Numbered from the stretch's first letter, positions 47,923 to 57,879 are shown. The stretch: DNA of 64,000 nucleotides from an uncultured Solibacteraceae bacterium (GCA_964419785.1 CAYQRM010000136.1:5305-69304), one strand, 5' to 3'. The notes: a model not told the origin generated them from the sequence alone. Numbers and translations: made by a program.

Positions 47923-48693
47923 TCACCTCTCGACCTTCGCGATGACGACGGCGAACTTGTTCCGTCCACGGCCTTCGAGGTAGGCGAGCTTCTGTCCATC
48001 CGCAGTCCACGCCGGGAGGACGACCGACTTCGTGCCATCGATCTTCTGCCGAGCTCCGGTCGAGTCCATGATCACCAGTCGCCCGGTCGACTTCTCCGCG
48101 TACGCGATCATGTGGCTGCCGGCCGGACCCCACCCGAACGTGAGCCCTGGAACAATCGCGTGATTGACCCATTCGCCGACGATTTCGCCCTTGAGAAGCA
48201 TGCTGTAGACGGTGCCATTCGTGGACGCATTCGCCGCGGCCGTCACTGATTCGACCGACGCCCCATTGGCGGTGCCATCCGTGCCGCCTCTCGCGAGATC
48301 GCCGCCCATCGGAATGGCCGTCGCGGACGCAATTCGCTTCTCCGTGGAGATCTCGATCTTGAACGCAGCGTCGTCCGGCGCGGTCTGCCCCGACTTCCAG
48401 GACCAATAGCCAATCGCCCAATCAGGCTCAGCGTTGACTTTCTGGAATGTGCCGCCCGTGGCCGGCATCACGTAGTGGTACGAATCTTTCGGCAGGGCGC
48501 GCTGATCCTCGGTGACCGTCTGCAGATACAGCTGTGTGCCGTCTGGCGACCACGCGAGCTGCCTGACCTGGCTGCCTTTCATCTTTCCAAGATCGAACTG
48601 CGCGATCTCGCTCGGGGTGAGTTTCAACTGTGTCGCGGGGCTCTGTTGGGCGACGAGCGCGGTCGATGCCAGGACGAACACGAAAGCTTTCAT
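47923..48693 (-). CDS. Secreted hypothetical protein with TolB/WD40-like repeats
   Basis: AAGGAG RBS; signal ..ALVA|Q; LAWSPDGTQLY, PAWTADGQKLAY. Confidence 0.7.
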   Translation of the reverse strand: MKAFVFVLASTALVAQQSPATQLKLTPSEIAQFDLGKMKGSQVRQLAWSPDGTQLYLQTVTEDQRALPKDSYHYVMPATGGTFQKVNAEPDWAIGYWSWKSGQTAPDDAAFKIEISTEKRIASATAIPMGGDLARGGTDGTANGASVESVTAAANASTNGTVYSMLLKGEIVGEWVNHAIVPGLTFGWGPAGSHMIAYAEKSTGRLVIMDSTGARQKIDGTKSVVLPAWTADGQKLAYLEGRGRNKFAVVIAKVER

Positions 48694-48724
48694 TTGCGTC
48701 TCCTTAAGTCACCGCTTGCTCAAC

Positions 48725-51361
48725 TCACTTCTTCAAGCCATCGAGCATGCGTCGGAGCTCAACGGATTGCGGCAGCGCCGCCAGTCCCGATTCCAAGGCC
48801 TGCCGCGCGAGCGCCGGCTGCTCCAGACGCAGATACGTCTCGGCCAGCGCGAGGTGCGCGGACACGAGCGTCGGATCGAGAAATGCCGCACTCCGAAAGG
48901 CCGATGCGGCGGCCACCTGGTTCCCCACGCCGAGTCTTGCCCAGCCAAGGACGAACGCTACGCTCGCGTCCGTCGGCTGACGTTCGAACAACTGCTCGAG
49001 GTCGGCCGCGGCGCCCGGGTAATCCTGGCGATCGAGACGCGCCAGCGCACGTAGTCGCACCGCGTCAGGATCCGTCGCGACGCTGCTCGTGAGGTCCGCG
49101 ACGTTTGTCCATCGTCCGGCCTGCGCTTCGCCCGCAGCTTGACGGACGTTTGCCACAGGACTCGTCAGCGCGTGATCCACCATCGATTTGACGATCGCTC
49201 CCCGCAGCACATCGCGGGCCGGTGGCGTTGTGGGGATGGCCGCCGCTTCTCGAGCCTTGGGCGACCGAGCCGCCGTATCTGCCGGGCGCATGCCGTCGAC
49301 GACCTGCAGTTGTCGCCGAAGATCGCCCACGACCTCGCCGCCGGCGCGAATCACCGCGTGAGCGATGTAATCGCCTGGCGGAATGTCGGACAGCGGCAAC
49401 GTGAACGAGACGTCACGAACGATCCCCTGGTCGGACGAACGCGGGTCGGCAACCGTGCCGCTGACCGAACGCGTCGGACGATCGGCCGCACCGTTGGGCG
49501 AGGCGGCGAGACTCATCAAGTCCAGCGAAGCGGAAAGGCCAGCCAATTGAACCTCGTTCCGCCCGTACACACGGACCGCGCCCGCGATCAGGTCGCTTGT
49601 GTAGCCGATTGAGTGGACCGGCAAACGATCGCCGGGTGTGCCGAGGATGAGATCGCTCGTCGCCGGATCGGGGCCGCTGAGGCTGCGCACCGTGAATTGG
49701 CGATCGGCGCTGCCGACGAGTCCCCCGGGTTCGCGCACGACACAGCGCATCATGTAGTCGCCCGGGGGCAGATCGAATCGCGTGCGCCAGATGCCGACGC
49801 CCGCGGCACGGCCCGGAACCGGATCCCGCGGGAGCGGGATGCTGTCTGCACCTTTCGCGGCGATTTGACTCGAGCTCATGTCCCGGACGACGAAGACGAC
49901 GTCAGCGGCGCCATCGACCGGCGAAGCGTCAACCGGAAGATCCGCATTGAGACTCACGGCAACGTTCTGAAGGCCAGGATGCTCGGACTGTCCGACGTAG
50001 GTCGTGTACTCGACGCGCAGGCTCTGTTGATTGAACGGCGCGGCGAGCGCGGACTCGATCGCTCGGCGGCGATCGGCAGGCGTCTGGGAAGGGCCTGCCA
50101 CGTAGCCGGTACGCGTGCTGACCCGCACGCCCGGCCGGGTGACTCGCACCGACACGCGTCGGTAGGCATCGCGATCAGCGAGGGCGGCCGACGGCGCGGG
50201 GAATCCAATGACGTAGTAGTCGGGCTCGGCGGCGCCGAGCGCGTCGAGGGCCTCATCGAGATGGCTCGCCGCATCGAGGACGAGCTGGCCGTTCGTGTCC
50301 GACGCCAGCATGCTCAACGGCTCGAGCCGGTTGGCAATCTCGGACGGAACGTCGCTCCCGAGTGGCATGTTCGCGCTCAGACTCTCCATTCGCCGATTCA
50401 GATCGAACGCGTAGACGACTGAATACGTTTCGGCGGAAGCCGCCGCGACCTCTTCGACCGACCGCGAGACGTTGTCGCTGTGGAATCCTTCGGAAAAGAG
50501 GATCACCGTCTTGCGTCCGTCCACGGCGCGGAAGCTCCGCAGCAACTGCGACATCATGTCGAGAAACCGACGCGAGTCTGCGTCAGCGCGCTGCACGATG
50601 AGATTCGCCTGGTCCTTGATCAGGTCCCGCAGCGTGCTGGGATCGCCGCCGCCCGTCTTTCCCGTGACGTCGGGAAGCACGCCCGTTCGGCTCGGGGTTC
50701 CTCCCGTCGTCGTCATGAAGCGGTTGAGCACTTCGTCGTTGCCGCGCAAGATCTCGTACGCCTCGTTGACCGTCATATCCCGGTCGCCGGGCGTGAGGAC
50801 CCGTTCGAGCTCGCCGCGCACGTGCTGCAACTGCGCAATAGCGACGTTGACTTGCGCGGTGAATGGCTGGGCGGGCCCAGGGCCGGGCAGGCCGTAGACC
50901 GCGACGCGATCTTCAGGCCGGAACCTCCGTCGAAGGAACTGCTCGGCCGCGACACGCACGCGCTGCTCCGCGCCCGATGTGATGTGGAGCTGATCGAAGA
51001 CGAGCACGTAGAGCTGCCCGCGAGGCGAGCCCTGGTTGGTCGAGATCTCGCCCGCGATGGTCCTCTGTGCCGCCTCGAGATACGTGCGCCCGGATGCGGC
51101 GACGTGCTGGAACAGCACGATCGGTTGACGCGTGCCGGCGTCCAGGACCTCGACCTCGTCCGGCCGCAGGTCGGCGACGGGCCTGCCGGACGCGTCGGTC
51201 GCGCGCACGTCGAGCCGGACGACGTCAACGCCCGCGCGGAAGATCGCTTGATCGGCCGGAGCTGCCGGCGTTTGCGGCGCCTGCGCGAGCAGCGGCACCA
51301 CCAGAGCCAGCGCGAGCGCCAGGGGCAGTCGATCGAGCGCACGGCGCGTCCCACTCAGCAA
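48725..51361 (-). CDS. Secreted acidobacterial VWA-domain protein with extra Ig-like domains and TPRs
   Basis: FRAGVDVVRLDV.ATD..GRPVADL, LVFDQLH, KTVILFSEGF, LASDTNG, YYVIGF, STRTGY; TPR tail; start codon uncertain. Confidence 0.85.
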   Translation of the reverse strand: MLSGTRRALDRLPLALALALVVPLLAQAPQTPAAPADQAIFRAGVDVVRLDVRATDASGRPVADLRPDEVEVLDAGTRQPIVLFQHVAASGRTYLEAAQRTIAGEISTNQGSPRGQLYVLVFDQLHITSGAEQRVRVAAEQFLRRRFRPEDRVAVYGLPGPGPAQPFTAQVNVAIAQLQHVRGELERVLTPGDRDMTVNEAYEILRGNDEVLNRFMTTTGGTPSRTGVLPDVTGKTGGGDPSTLRDLIKDQANLIVQRADADSRRFLDMMSQLLRSFRAVDGRKTVILFSEGFHSDNVSRSVEEVAAASAETYSVVYAFDLNRRMESLSANMPLGSDVPSEIANRLEPLSMLASDTNGQLVLDAASHLDEALDALGAAEPDYYVIGFPAPSAALADRDAYRRVSVRVTRPGVRVSTRTGYVAGPSQTPADRRRAIESALAAPFNQQSLRVEYTTYVGQSEHPGLQNVAVSLNADLPVDASPVDGAADVVFVVRDMSSSQIAAKGADSIPLPRDPVPGRAAGVGIWRTRFDLPPGDYMMRCVVREPGGLVGSADRQFTVRSLSGPDPATSDLILGTPGDRLPVHSIGYTSDLIAGAVRVYGRNEVQLAGLSASLDLMSLAASPNGAADRPTRSVSGTVADPRSSDQGIVRDVSFTLPLSDIPPGDYIAHAVIRAGGEVVGDLRRQLQVVDGMRPADTAARSPKAREAAAIPTTPPARDVLRGAIVKSMVDHALTSPVANVRQAAGEAQAGRWTNVADLTSSVATDPDAVRLRALARLDRQDYPGAAADLEQLFERQPTDASVAFVLGWARLGVGNQVAAASAFRSAAFLDPTLVSAHLALAETYLRLEQPALARQALESGLAALPQSVELRRMLDGLKK

Positions 51362-51375
51362 TTAGCACCTGATTT

Positions 51376-53550
51376 TTATAATTTACCACCGGCGAGAAAC
51401 CGCCGGACGGCCGCGATTTCCTGCTCGTGCAAGGCCGCCGGCGCGGTTTGCACGTATTGTCGGCCGTAGGCGCGGGCTTCCTCGATCTGGCCCGTTTCGG
51501 CCAATCCGAACGTGAGGTCGTACAGCGCGTCGAAATCCGTCCGGTCGAGTGCAAATGCCTGCTTCCAGGCGTCGATGGCGTCTGCCTTTCGGCCTGTCTC
51601 CGACAACACGACGCCGAGAGTGGTATAGGCGCCCGGCAGCTTGGGATCGAGCGCGAGGGCGTGCCGCAGGCTCGCTTCGGCCGCCTGATGATCGCCGGCC
51701 GACTCTTGCAGCGTCCCGATGTTCTGATACGCCAGTCCGCTCGCGGGATCGATCTCGAGAATCCGGCGGAAGGTCTGCATCGCTTGCGCCGATTTGCCCG
51801 CGCTTCCGTACGCGATGCCAAGCGCAATCAACGCGTCCGGGTCATCGTCGGTGGATCCTTCGAGCAGCTGGACCGCGCGTCCGGCTTGGCCGGTCTCCGC
51901 CAGGTACTCGCCGAGTTTGATTCTGAGCTCGGCCTGCGGAAGACCTCGGCGGAGTGCGGCGTCGAGCGTCGCGATCGCCTGAGCTGGTTGACCCGCCTGC
52001 CAGTACACGAACGCGAGATACCTGTAGGCGTCGGCCATGCCCGGACGACGAGCGAGCACGCCGGTATAGAGCTCCACTGCCGCTCGCCAGTCGCCATGTT
52101 CGTACGCGTCCGTCGCGCGGTGCATGGCTTGCTCGAGATCGACCAGCCGTTTCGGATCGTCGGCGTCCGTATATTTCTCCTGCGGCGGCGCGCTGCCGGT
52201 CGTGTATCCCAGCGCGCGCAGTTTCTCGGCCACCTCGATGGTCTCCGCGGCCGGTCGCCCCGGCGGATTGACATCGAAGCTTCTGAGAGTGGCCGCGAGG
52301 ACCGCCGCTCGATCGGCGCGATTCGCGAACTGATTCCGTTCTTCTCGCGGGTCGGTCCCCAGGTCGTAGAGCTCTGGCATCGGGAGGTCGATGTACTTGT
52401 CGCGTCCGGCGATCACGCCTCGAAGCGGTGCCCACCCGCGCGTGATGTTTGCCGACATCGCCTCGAAGTAGCCGGGCCGATCGGCGCCGCCTCCAGAGGC
52501 GATGAGCGGCAACAGGGACACGCCAGGCAGACTGCCGTCAGCCGGTGCGCTCACGGCGTCGAGGAGTGTCGGCACCACATCGACGTGGCGTACGGACGTG
52601 TCCACGACGATCCCGCTCGTCGTCCGGCCGTTCGGCACGATTTCCGCGACGATGAGCGGCACGTGCAGCGTCGATTCGTACGCGAAGAGGCCGTGGGTGA
52701 GTTCGCCGTGATCGCCGAGGCCTTCACCATGATCGGCCGTGACGATGACGAGCGTGGGGCGAGGCTGCGATGCGAGCGTAGCGAACAGCGGCCCGAGTGC
52801 AGAATCCGTCCACGAGACCTCGCCGAGGTACGGGTCGCCTGGGAATTTTGCAAGCCACTCGGGCGGCGGACGATAGGGGGCGTGCGGATCGTAGCAGTGT
52901 ACGAACGCGAACCACTTGCCGGATTGCTGGTGGATCCAGGCGAGCGCCGGCTGGATCACCTCGTCCGCGCGTCGTTCTGGCAGCGTGAAATCGGCCTGCG
53001 ATCCGATTTCGCCGACGCGGTCGTCATAGACATCGAAACCCGGCGCAAGACCGAAGCGGTGGTCGAGCGGAAATCCGCCGATGAAGGCTCCGGTAGCAAA
53101 GCCGATCGCTTTGAGGCGTGTGGCCGCGGTCGGTTCGCCCGCGCGCAGCAGGTAGCCGGCGTTGTCGCGGATGCCGTGCTCGTACGGATAGCGGCCGGTC
53201 AGAAGGCTGGCGTGTGAGGCCAGCGTGACGACGGCTTGCGCGTGCGCGAACGTGAAGCGTGCGCCGTGCGCAGCCAGCCCATCGAGATTCGGCGTGAGCG
53301 CGCGGCCGCCGTATGATCCGAGCGCGTCGGCGCGCAGCGTGTCGATCGACACGAGCAGAATGTTGCGATCGGCACGCGGCATGATGCTGAGCGCTGGCTC
53401 GCGCGCTCGCCACCACAGGCCGAGACCGACGACCGTGGCGATTGCGAGCGCGGCCACCAACCATCGCAGGCGTGATGCGGACGCTGACGGCGCGGCGGGC
53501 GTGCTCGCGCGTGCGCTGGCAGGTCGGCGAGGCGGTCTCTTCTTGGCCAT
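51376..53550 (-). CDS. Membrane-anchored sulfatase-like (alkaline phosphatase superfamily) protein with TPRs; Thr at the nucleophile position
   Basis: SIDTLRAD, VVTLASHASLLTG.YP, YDPHAPY, TADHGE; basic N-tail plus TM helix; TPR C-terminus. Confidence 0.88.
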   Translation of the reverse strand: MAKKRPPRRPASARASTPAAPSASASRLRWLVAALAIATVVGLGLWWRAREPALSIMPRADRNILLVSIDTLRADALGSYGGRALTPNLDGLAAHGARFTFAHAQAVVTLASHASLLTGRYPYEHGIRDNAGYLLRAGEPTAATRLKAIGFATGAFIGGFPLDHRFGLAPGFDVYDDRVGEIGSQADFTLPERRADEVIQPALAWIHQQSGKWFAFVHCYDPHAPYRPPPEWLAKFPGDPYLGEVSWTDSALGPLFATLASQPRPTLVIVTADHGEGLGDHGELTHGLFAYESTLHVPLIVAEIVPNGRTTSGIVVDTSVRHVDVVPTLLDAVSAPADGSLPGVSLLPLIASGGGADRPGYFEAMSANITRGWAPLRGVIAGRDKYIDLPMPELYDLGTDPREERNQFANRADRAAVLAATLRSFDVNPPGRPAAETIEVAEKLRALGYTTGSAPPQEKYTDADDPKRLVDLEQAMHRATDAYEHGDWRAAVELYTGVLARRPGMADAYRYLAFVYWQAGQPAQAIATLDAALRRGLPQAELRIKLGEYLAETGQAGRAVQLLEGSTDDDPDALIALGIAYGSAGKSAQAMQTFRRILEIDPASGLAYQNIGTLQESAGDHQAAEASLRHALALDPKLPGAYTTLGVVLSETGRKADAIDAWKQAFALDRTDFDALYDLTFGLAETGQIEEARAYGRQYVQTAPAALHEQEIAAVRRFLAGGKL

Positions 53551-53583
53551 CGATGGTCAGGCCGGGCGCAGCGTTGTCGCCAG

Positions 53584-55788
53584 TCAGCGTCCGAACTTCG
53601 CTTTCGCTTCCGATCTCACGCTCGCGGCGCGATCCGGTTGTCCGAACATATCCCACAAATGTGCAGCGGTCTCGTACGCCATCGGCGACGGCGAGACCTT
53701 CAGCATCTCCGCGATCTCGCGCTCCACGTCGTCGGGCCGGTTGGTGGACGCGTAGAGCATGGCCAGGCCGGAGCGCGCGCGCATGCTGCTTGGGTAGATC
53801 GAAAGCTCTTCACGAAACATCCGCTCGGCTTCGGGATATCGCTCGAGTCGCGCGAGCGTGTCGCCGACGTAAAAGCGGAGATCGGCCGGCTGCATCGTCC
53901 GCGCGGCCCATTCGTCGCGCGCTTTCATCAGGAGCGGCAAGGCCTCCTGATACTGCCCTTGGTTGTACGCGATCATGCCGCGGATATACGTGGGCATCGG
54001 CAACGTCGGGTCGGCCTGAGCCGCGAGATCGGCTTGTCGCTGGGCCTCGGCGTAATCCTTCTTCGCGAGCGCGATGTTGGCCAATGTCTGATGCGCGCGG
54101 CCTGGTGACGTCTTGAGGACGAGCTCGGCGTGTGCTCGCGCCTCGTCGTACCGCCGAAGCGTCAGCAGCGCCGCCGCGGCGCCGAGCAAGCCGCTCGGCT
54201 CTTCGGGCTTCAGGCGGATCACCTGTTTGTAGGCATCAAGCGCCTCGGCTTCGCGACCGAGCCGCGTCAGCACGACCGCGTACTGGACCCAGACGTCGGT
54301 CATGTCCGGGTTTGATTTGAGCAAGTCGCGGAAGCGATCGGCGGACGCCGCGAATTGGCGATCGTCGAGCAGCGTCACCGCCTCACGATACTGCTTGAGC
54401 ACCGGCGCCATCTCTTTCGGATCCGGCAGAGAGGACCCGGGCCGACTGGCGCCGGCCGAAAACTGCGTGCCGATATATCCAAGCGCGGCCAACCGCTCGC
54501 GATCTTCGGCCGATACCGCCGACGGTGCGTCAATGTCGCGTCCAGCCGTCAGCGTTTCGAGACCCGACCGCATGCCCGCCGCCGTCTGCGGGTGATCGGC
54601 GACGACGTTCGCGCGCTCGTGGGGATCGTCTCGAAGATCGTAGAGCTCGTCGTGCGGCGCCTTGATGAATTTGTACCGCTCGTCAGTGAGCGAGAGCAGC
54701 TCGCTCCAGCCAAAGTGATAACGCGGATAGAGCGCCTCCGAGTAGACGCCCTCCGCCGCTGGATGGCCGGTCGCGCGCAGCAAGGGCGTCAGGTCGCGCC
54801 CGCGCAGGCCCCGGGGCGCCGTGAGGCCGGCGAGCGTCGCGATCGTGGGGAACAGATCGATGTGTTGCACCAGGTCCGCGACGCGACGGCCCCCAGACTT
54901 TCCGCCCGGCAGCTTCATCAGCCACGGTACGTGGATGGTCTCTTCGTAGACGAACAATCCGTGTTCGTACTCGCCGTGATCGCCCAGGCCCTCGCCGTGA
55001 TCGGAGAGCAGCACGACGGTCGCGTTCGAGTACCAACCTCGGCGTTTGAGATCGACCAAGAGCTTGCCGACGATCTCGTCGGCATACGCGATCTCGCCGT
55101 CGTAGGGCGAGAGCGATGAGAATCGTTGTGGCGGCGTGTATGGCGTGTGCGGCTCGTAGATGTGAAAGAAGAGGAAGAAACGATCGTCGGAGAGCGTATT
55201 GAGCCATGCTTCCGCAGCCGCGAGCGTCTGCTCGCCAGGGCGCTGGACCTGACCGAGCGACACGTCGGACGCGGCGGCCGGCAGTTCCGCGTTGTAGACG
55301 TCGAATCCGCGTCCGATGCCGGTTTCCGGGCGCAGCACGTACGCGGACACGAACCCTCCGGCTTTGTAGCCCGCCTGATGGAAACGTTCCGCGAGCGTCG
55401 GTTTATCGGGCGCGAGCGTGAAGCCGAGATTGTCGCGCACGCCATGTTCGAACGGCAGCAGTCCCGTCAGGATCGACGTGTGCGCCGGCAGTGTCTGAGG
55501 CGCGTGGCTGTACGCGCGCTCAAAGAGCACGGACTCTCTGGCCAAGGCATCAATCGTCGGCGTCTGACCGTTCGCATAGCCATAGACGGGGAGGTGATCG
55601 GCCCGCAAGGTGTCGATCGAGATCAGCACGACGGCCCCGGGACGCACGGGCCGCACGAACGGCCAGACGACGACACTCGCGCCGACGATGAGGCCGACGA
55701 TCGCCAGCGCCAACAGCACGCGCGGCCATCGCGAACTCTTTGGATTCTGGCGAGGTTGGGAGCGCGCGGAGCGCGGCGATCGAGCCAT
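53584..55788 (-). CDS. Membrane-anchored sulfatase-like protein with TPRs (paralog); Thr at the nucleophile position
   Basis: SIDTLRAD, PQTLPAHTSILTG, YEPHTPY, LSDHGE; start reassigned to ATG 55788. Confidence 0.88.
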   Translation of the reverse strand: MARSPRSARSQPRQNPKSSRWPRVLLALAIVGLIVGASVVVWPFVRPVRPGAVVLISIDTLRADHLPVYGYANGQTPTIDALARESVLFERAYSHAPQTLPAHTSILTGLLPFEHGVRDNLGFTLAPDKPTLAERFHQAGYKAGGFVSAYVLRPETGIGRGFDVYNAELPAAASDVSLGQVQRPGEQTLAAAEAWLNTLSDDRFFLFFHIYEPHTPYTPPQRFSSLSPYDGEIAYADEIVGKLLVDLKRRGWYSNATVVLLSDHGEGLGDHGEYEHGLFVYEETIHVPWLMKLPGGKSGGRRVADLVQHIDLFPTIATLAGLTAPRGLRGRDLTPLLRATGHPAAEGVYSEALYPRYHFGWSELLSLTDERYKFIKAPHDELYDLRDDPHERANVVADHPQTAAGMRSGLETLTAGRDIDAPSAVSAEDRERLAALGYIGTQFSAGASRPGSSLPDPKEMAPVLKQYREAVTLLDDRQFAASADRFRDLLKSNPDMTDVWVQYAVVLTRLGREAEALDAYKQVIRLKPEEPSGLLGAAAALLTLRRYDEARAHAELVLKTSPGRAHQTLANIALAKKDYAEAQRQADLAAQADPTLPMPTYIRGMIAYNQGQYQEALPLLMKARDEWAARTMQPADLRFYVGDTLARLERYPEAERMFREELSIYPSSMRARSGLAMLYASTNRPDDVEREIAEMLKVSPSPMAYETAAHLWDMFGQPDRAASVRSEAKAKFGR

Positions 55789-55877
55789 CGGCACGCGAAT
55801 GGGCGGACTCGGCCAGTATAGTCCACGCTTCTCGTGTGGTTCTTGAGTTCCGCCGGAGTCCGCACGAATTCTTCCAG

Positions 55878-55898
55878 TTGAGACGCGAATTGTCTCAA
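55878..55898. promoter_or_regulatory. Palindrome TTGAGAC-N7-GTCTCAA in a divergent intergenic region (candidate operator)
   Basis: Perfect 7-bp arms, read directly. Confidence 0.35.
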
Positions 55899-56071
55899 GA
55901 GCTCTAAGGTGCAGGTAGTGGGTCAGTTTAAACGGGAACGAACGTTCCCCACGTCGCGCCGCCGATCGGTGATGCGTTGATGCGCGAGGGCAGCGAACAT
56001 CACCGCGGCGAAGAGCCACGTATACCCGCTCGGAGTCTGGCGACGCCCGGCCGTCGGCGCTAGCGTAGGAA

Positions 56072-57019
56072 TTGCCCATGTCATCACGCGGTCTCTGGCC
56101 GGTCGCTTGTACGGTGATGCTCTCGCTCTCCGTCGCGCATGGGCGTGCGCTCCCGGCGGCCCAAGGCGTCTCGCTCTCCGAGCTGCTCCAACGCTCGGCT
56201 TCATCTCTTGAGGACTTCGACACGAAGTTTTCTGCGGTGATCTCGCAAGAGTCCTACAAGCAGACCGAGACGAGGCTCGAGGGCCAGCCCGCGCAGCCGC
56301 GCACCTACAACCGACAGACAAAGTCGCAGATTCTTTTTGTCAACGGTGGCGGTACGTGGCTCTGCTTTCGCGATGTCTTCGAGGTCGACGGTAAAGCATT
56401 GCCTGACCATGTCGCGCGGTTCGCGCGGTTGTTGGAGAGCCCTGCTACGGCGTCTGTTGACGCGGGATCGCTTGCGACTCACATCACGTCGGAGAGCGCC
56501 AGATATAACCTCGGCGGCGTCGCACGGAATTTCAATCTGCCTACGATGGCGCTGACTTTTCTCAGACGCGCCAACCAGGAGCGGTCAAAGTTTCACGACG
56601 ACGGCGCCGAGCGCAAAGGTGACACCGCAGAGACGCACATTGTGTCGTTCTCGGAAAAACGACGCCCGACACTCGTCCGCGACGCCGCCAATCACGACGT
56701 GCCTGCAACGGGCCGATTCTGGATCGACACGTCTGGCCGAGTCGATCGCACGGAACTGAAGCTCGAGACCGAGGACGGTGTTCGCGCGACCGTCACGGTG
56801 GAGTACGGACCACAACCCAAGCTGGACATCTTCGTACCCCTTTCCATGCACGAGCAGTACGAACAATCAATCGTGGACAAGATCGACGCGCACGCTGAGT
56901 ACTCAGGATTTGTCGTTCCCAATGTGACGGTGGACCTAAGCGGTTTCAAAGAGGGCGCAGGCCTCACAGGCCGTGGCCGCGGAGGCGCTCCGCACAACCC
57001 AGCCAGAAGCCATAGATGA
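56072..57019 (+). CDS. Secreted hypothetical protein (acidobacterial family commonly near VWA genes)
   Basis: Signal ..LPAA|Q; FRDVFEVDGK, ESARYNLG...RNFN.PT.AL.FL, GRFWID..G.V.RTEL, A.YS.F. Confidence 0.7.
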   Translation: MPMSSRGLWPVACTVMLSLSVAHGRALPAAQGVSLSELLQRSASSLEDFDTKFSAVISQESYKQTETRLEGQPAQPRTYNRQTKSQILFVNGGGTWLCFRDVFEVDGKALPDHVARFARLLESPATASVDAGSLATHITSESARYNLGGVARNFNLPTMALTFLRRANQERSKFHDDGAERKGDTAETHIVSFSEKRRPTLVRDAANHDVPATGRFWIDTSGRVDRTELKLETEDGVRATVTVEYGPQPKLDIFVPLSMHEQYEQSIVDKIDAHAEYSGFVVPNVTVDLSGFKEGAGLTGRGRGGAPHNPARSHR

Positions 57020-57026
57020 GGCCCAG

Positions 57027-57203
57027 CCAGCGCGAGGCCACGCGACTCCCGTCGGCGTTCTGAAAGCTCTCGATCGTCTCGAACCTGAGATCGAGGATCT
57101 TCGACTGGAACTCGCGTACCCATTGCTTGAACGAGTCCTTCGTGCGGATGTCCACGCCGCCGCTCGTGATCACGAAGTCGTCGACCACATAGCGATCGAT
57201 ATG
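57027..57203 (-). pseudogene. Internal fragment of a SnoaL/NTF2-like (ester cyclase) gene
   Basis: IDRYVVDDFVITSGGVDIRTKDSFKQWVREFQSKILDLRFETIESFQNADGSRVASRW; lacks both termini; bounded by hairpin ggcgtggacgc-accc-gcgtccacgcc (57204-57229). Confidence 0.6.
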
Positions 57204-57263
57204 GGCGTGGACGCACCCGCGTCCACGCCGCAGGCCAGGTCACGCGGCCTGGGTTCCGCCCCG

Positions 57264-57788
57264 CTAGCGCCCGGGCGGCGGTCCGGGAGGGCCGAGGATG
57301 ATGAACCCGCCCCGCTTCGCGATCGGGGCGAGACGCGCGAGGTCAGGCGGCGGACCGTCGTGGGGCGGCGGCACCACACGTGCGGGCGCCGGCTGGCCGG
57401 CTTCCCTCAAGAACCCCTCGAACTGCATCGGCGCGAAGCCGACCAAGGCGCGCAGACGCTCAGGGCCTGCGCTGATGAACGTGTGCGGCACGTTCTTCGG
57501 ACCGAACCCGAACCCGCCGGCCGTCAGGTCCAGGCGCGTGTTGCCGACGTAGAACGTGAGGTTCCCTTCGAGCACGTAGAACCACTCATCTTCTTCGGGG
57601 TGGACGTGCCACGGCGATCCGAGCCCGGGCGGGACGACGATCACGACCAGGCCGAACGCGCCGCCGGTGTCGGCCCGGCCGATCTTCACCGTCTGGAGCA
57701 TGCCGAGGAGCCAGAGCGCTTCACCTTCATCGTGCGCCAACGCGTAGCCACTCTTCGCGCGATCTGCCAATGTCACGGTCATCATCAC
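57264..57788 (-). CDS. Cupin-domain protein (quercetin 2,3-dioxygenase-like)
   Basis: GEALWLLG...VKI...TGG.F, SPWHVHPEEDEWFYVLEG.L, FGPKNVPHTF, FEGFLRE.G.PA; start approximate. Confidence 0.85.
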   Translation of the reverse strand: MMMTVTLADRAKSGYALAHDEGEALWLLGMLQTVKIGRADTGGAFGLVVIVVPPGLGSPWHVHPEEDEWFYVLEGNLTFYVGNTRLDLTAGGFGFGPKNVPHTFISAGPERLRALVGFAPMQFEGFLREAGQPAPARVVPPPHDGPPPDLARLAPIAKRGGFIILGPPGPPPGR

Positions 57789-57821
57789 AGCCTCCGTTGT
57801 GGACGTGAGTTGAACCAACTA

Positions 57822-57832
57822 TCGTGTAAACG
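57822..57832. promoter_or_regulatory. Candidate MarR operator TCGTGTAAACG upstream of the cupin gene
   Basis: The same 11-mer occurs inverted (CGTTTACACGA, 58378-58388) upstream of marR. Confidence 0.5.
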
Positions 57833-57879
57833 ACTATTAGCGCCGCCCGACTCCGTCAATCGACCCCTCGCTCACCTGA

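Noticed and set aside
51376-55788. Annotation as classical arylsulfatases
   Set aside because: The C/S-x-P-x-R formylglycine motif is absent, and no formylglycine-generating enzyme gene is nearby.
45767-56223. Long N-terminal extensions in the ORF track (starts at 48421 and 56223; likewise 5855, 17824, 18198, 19592, 36520, 39020)
   Set aside because: They overlap neighbouring genes or repeats; internal starts give proper signal peptides or stop/start coupling.
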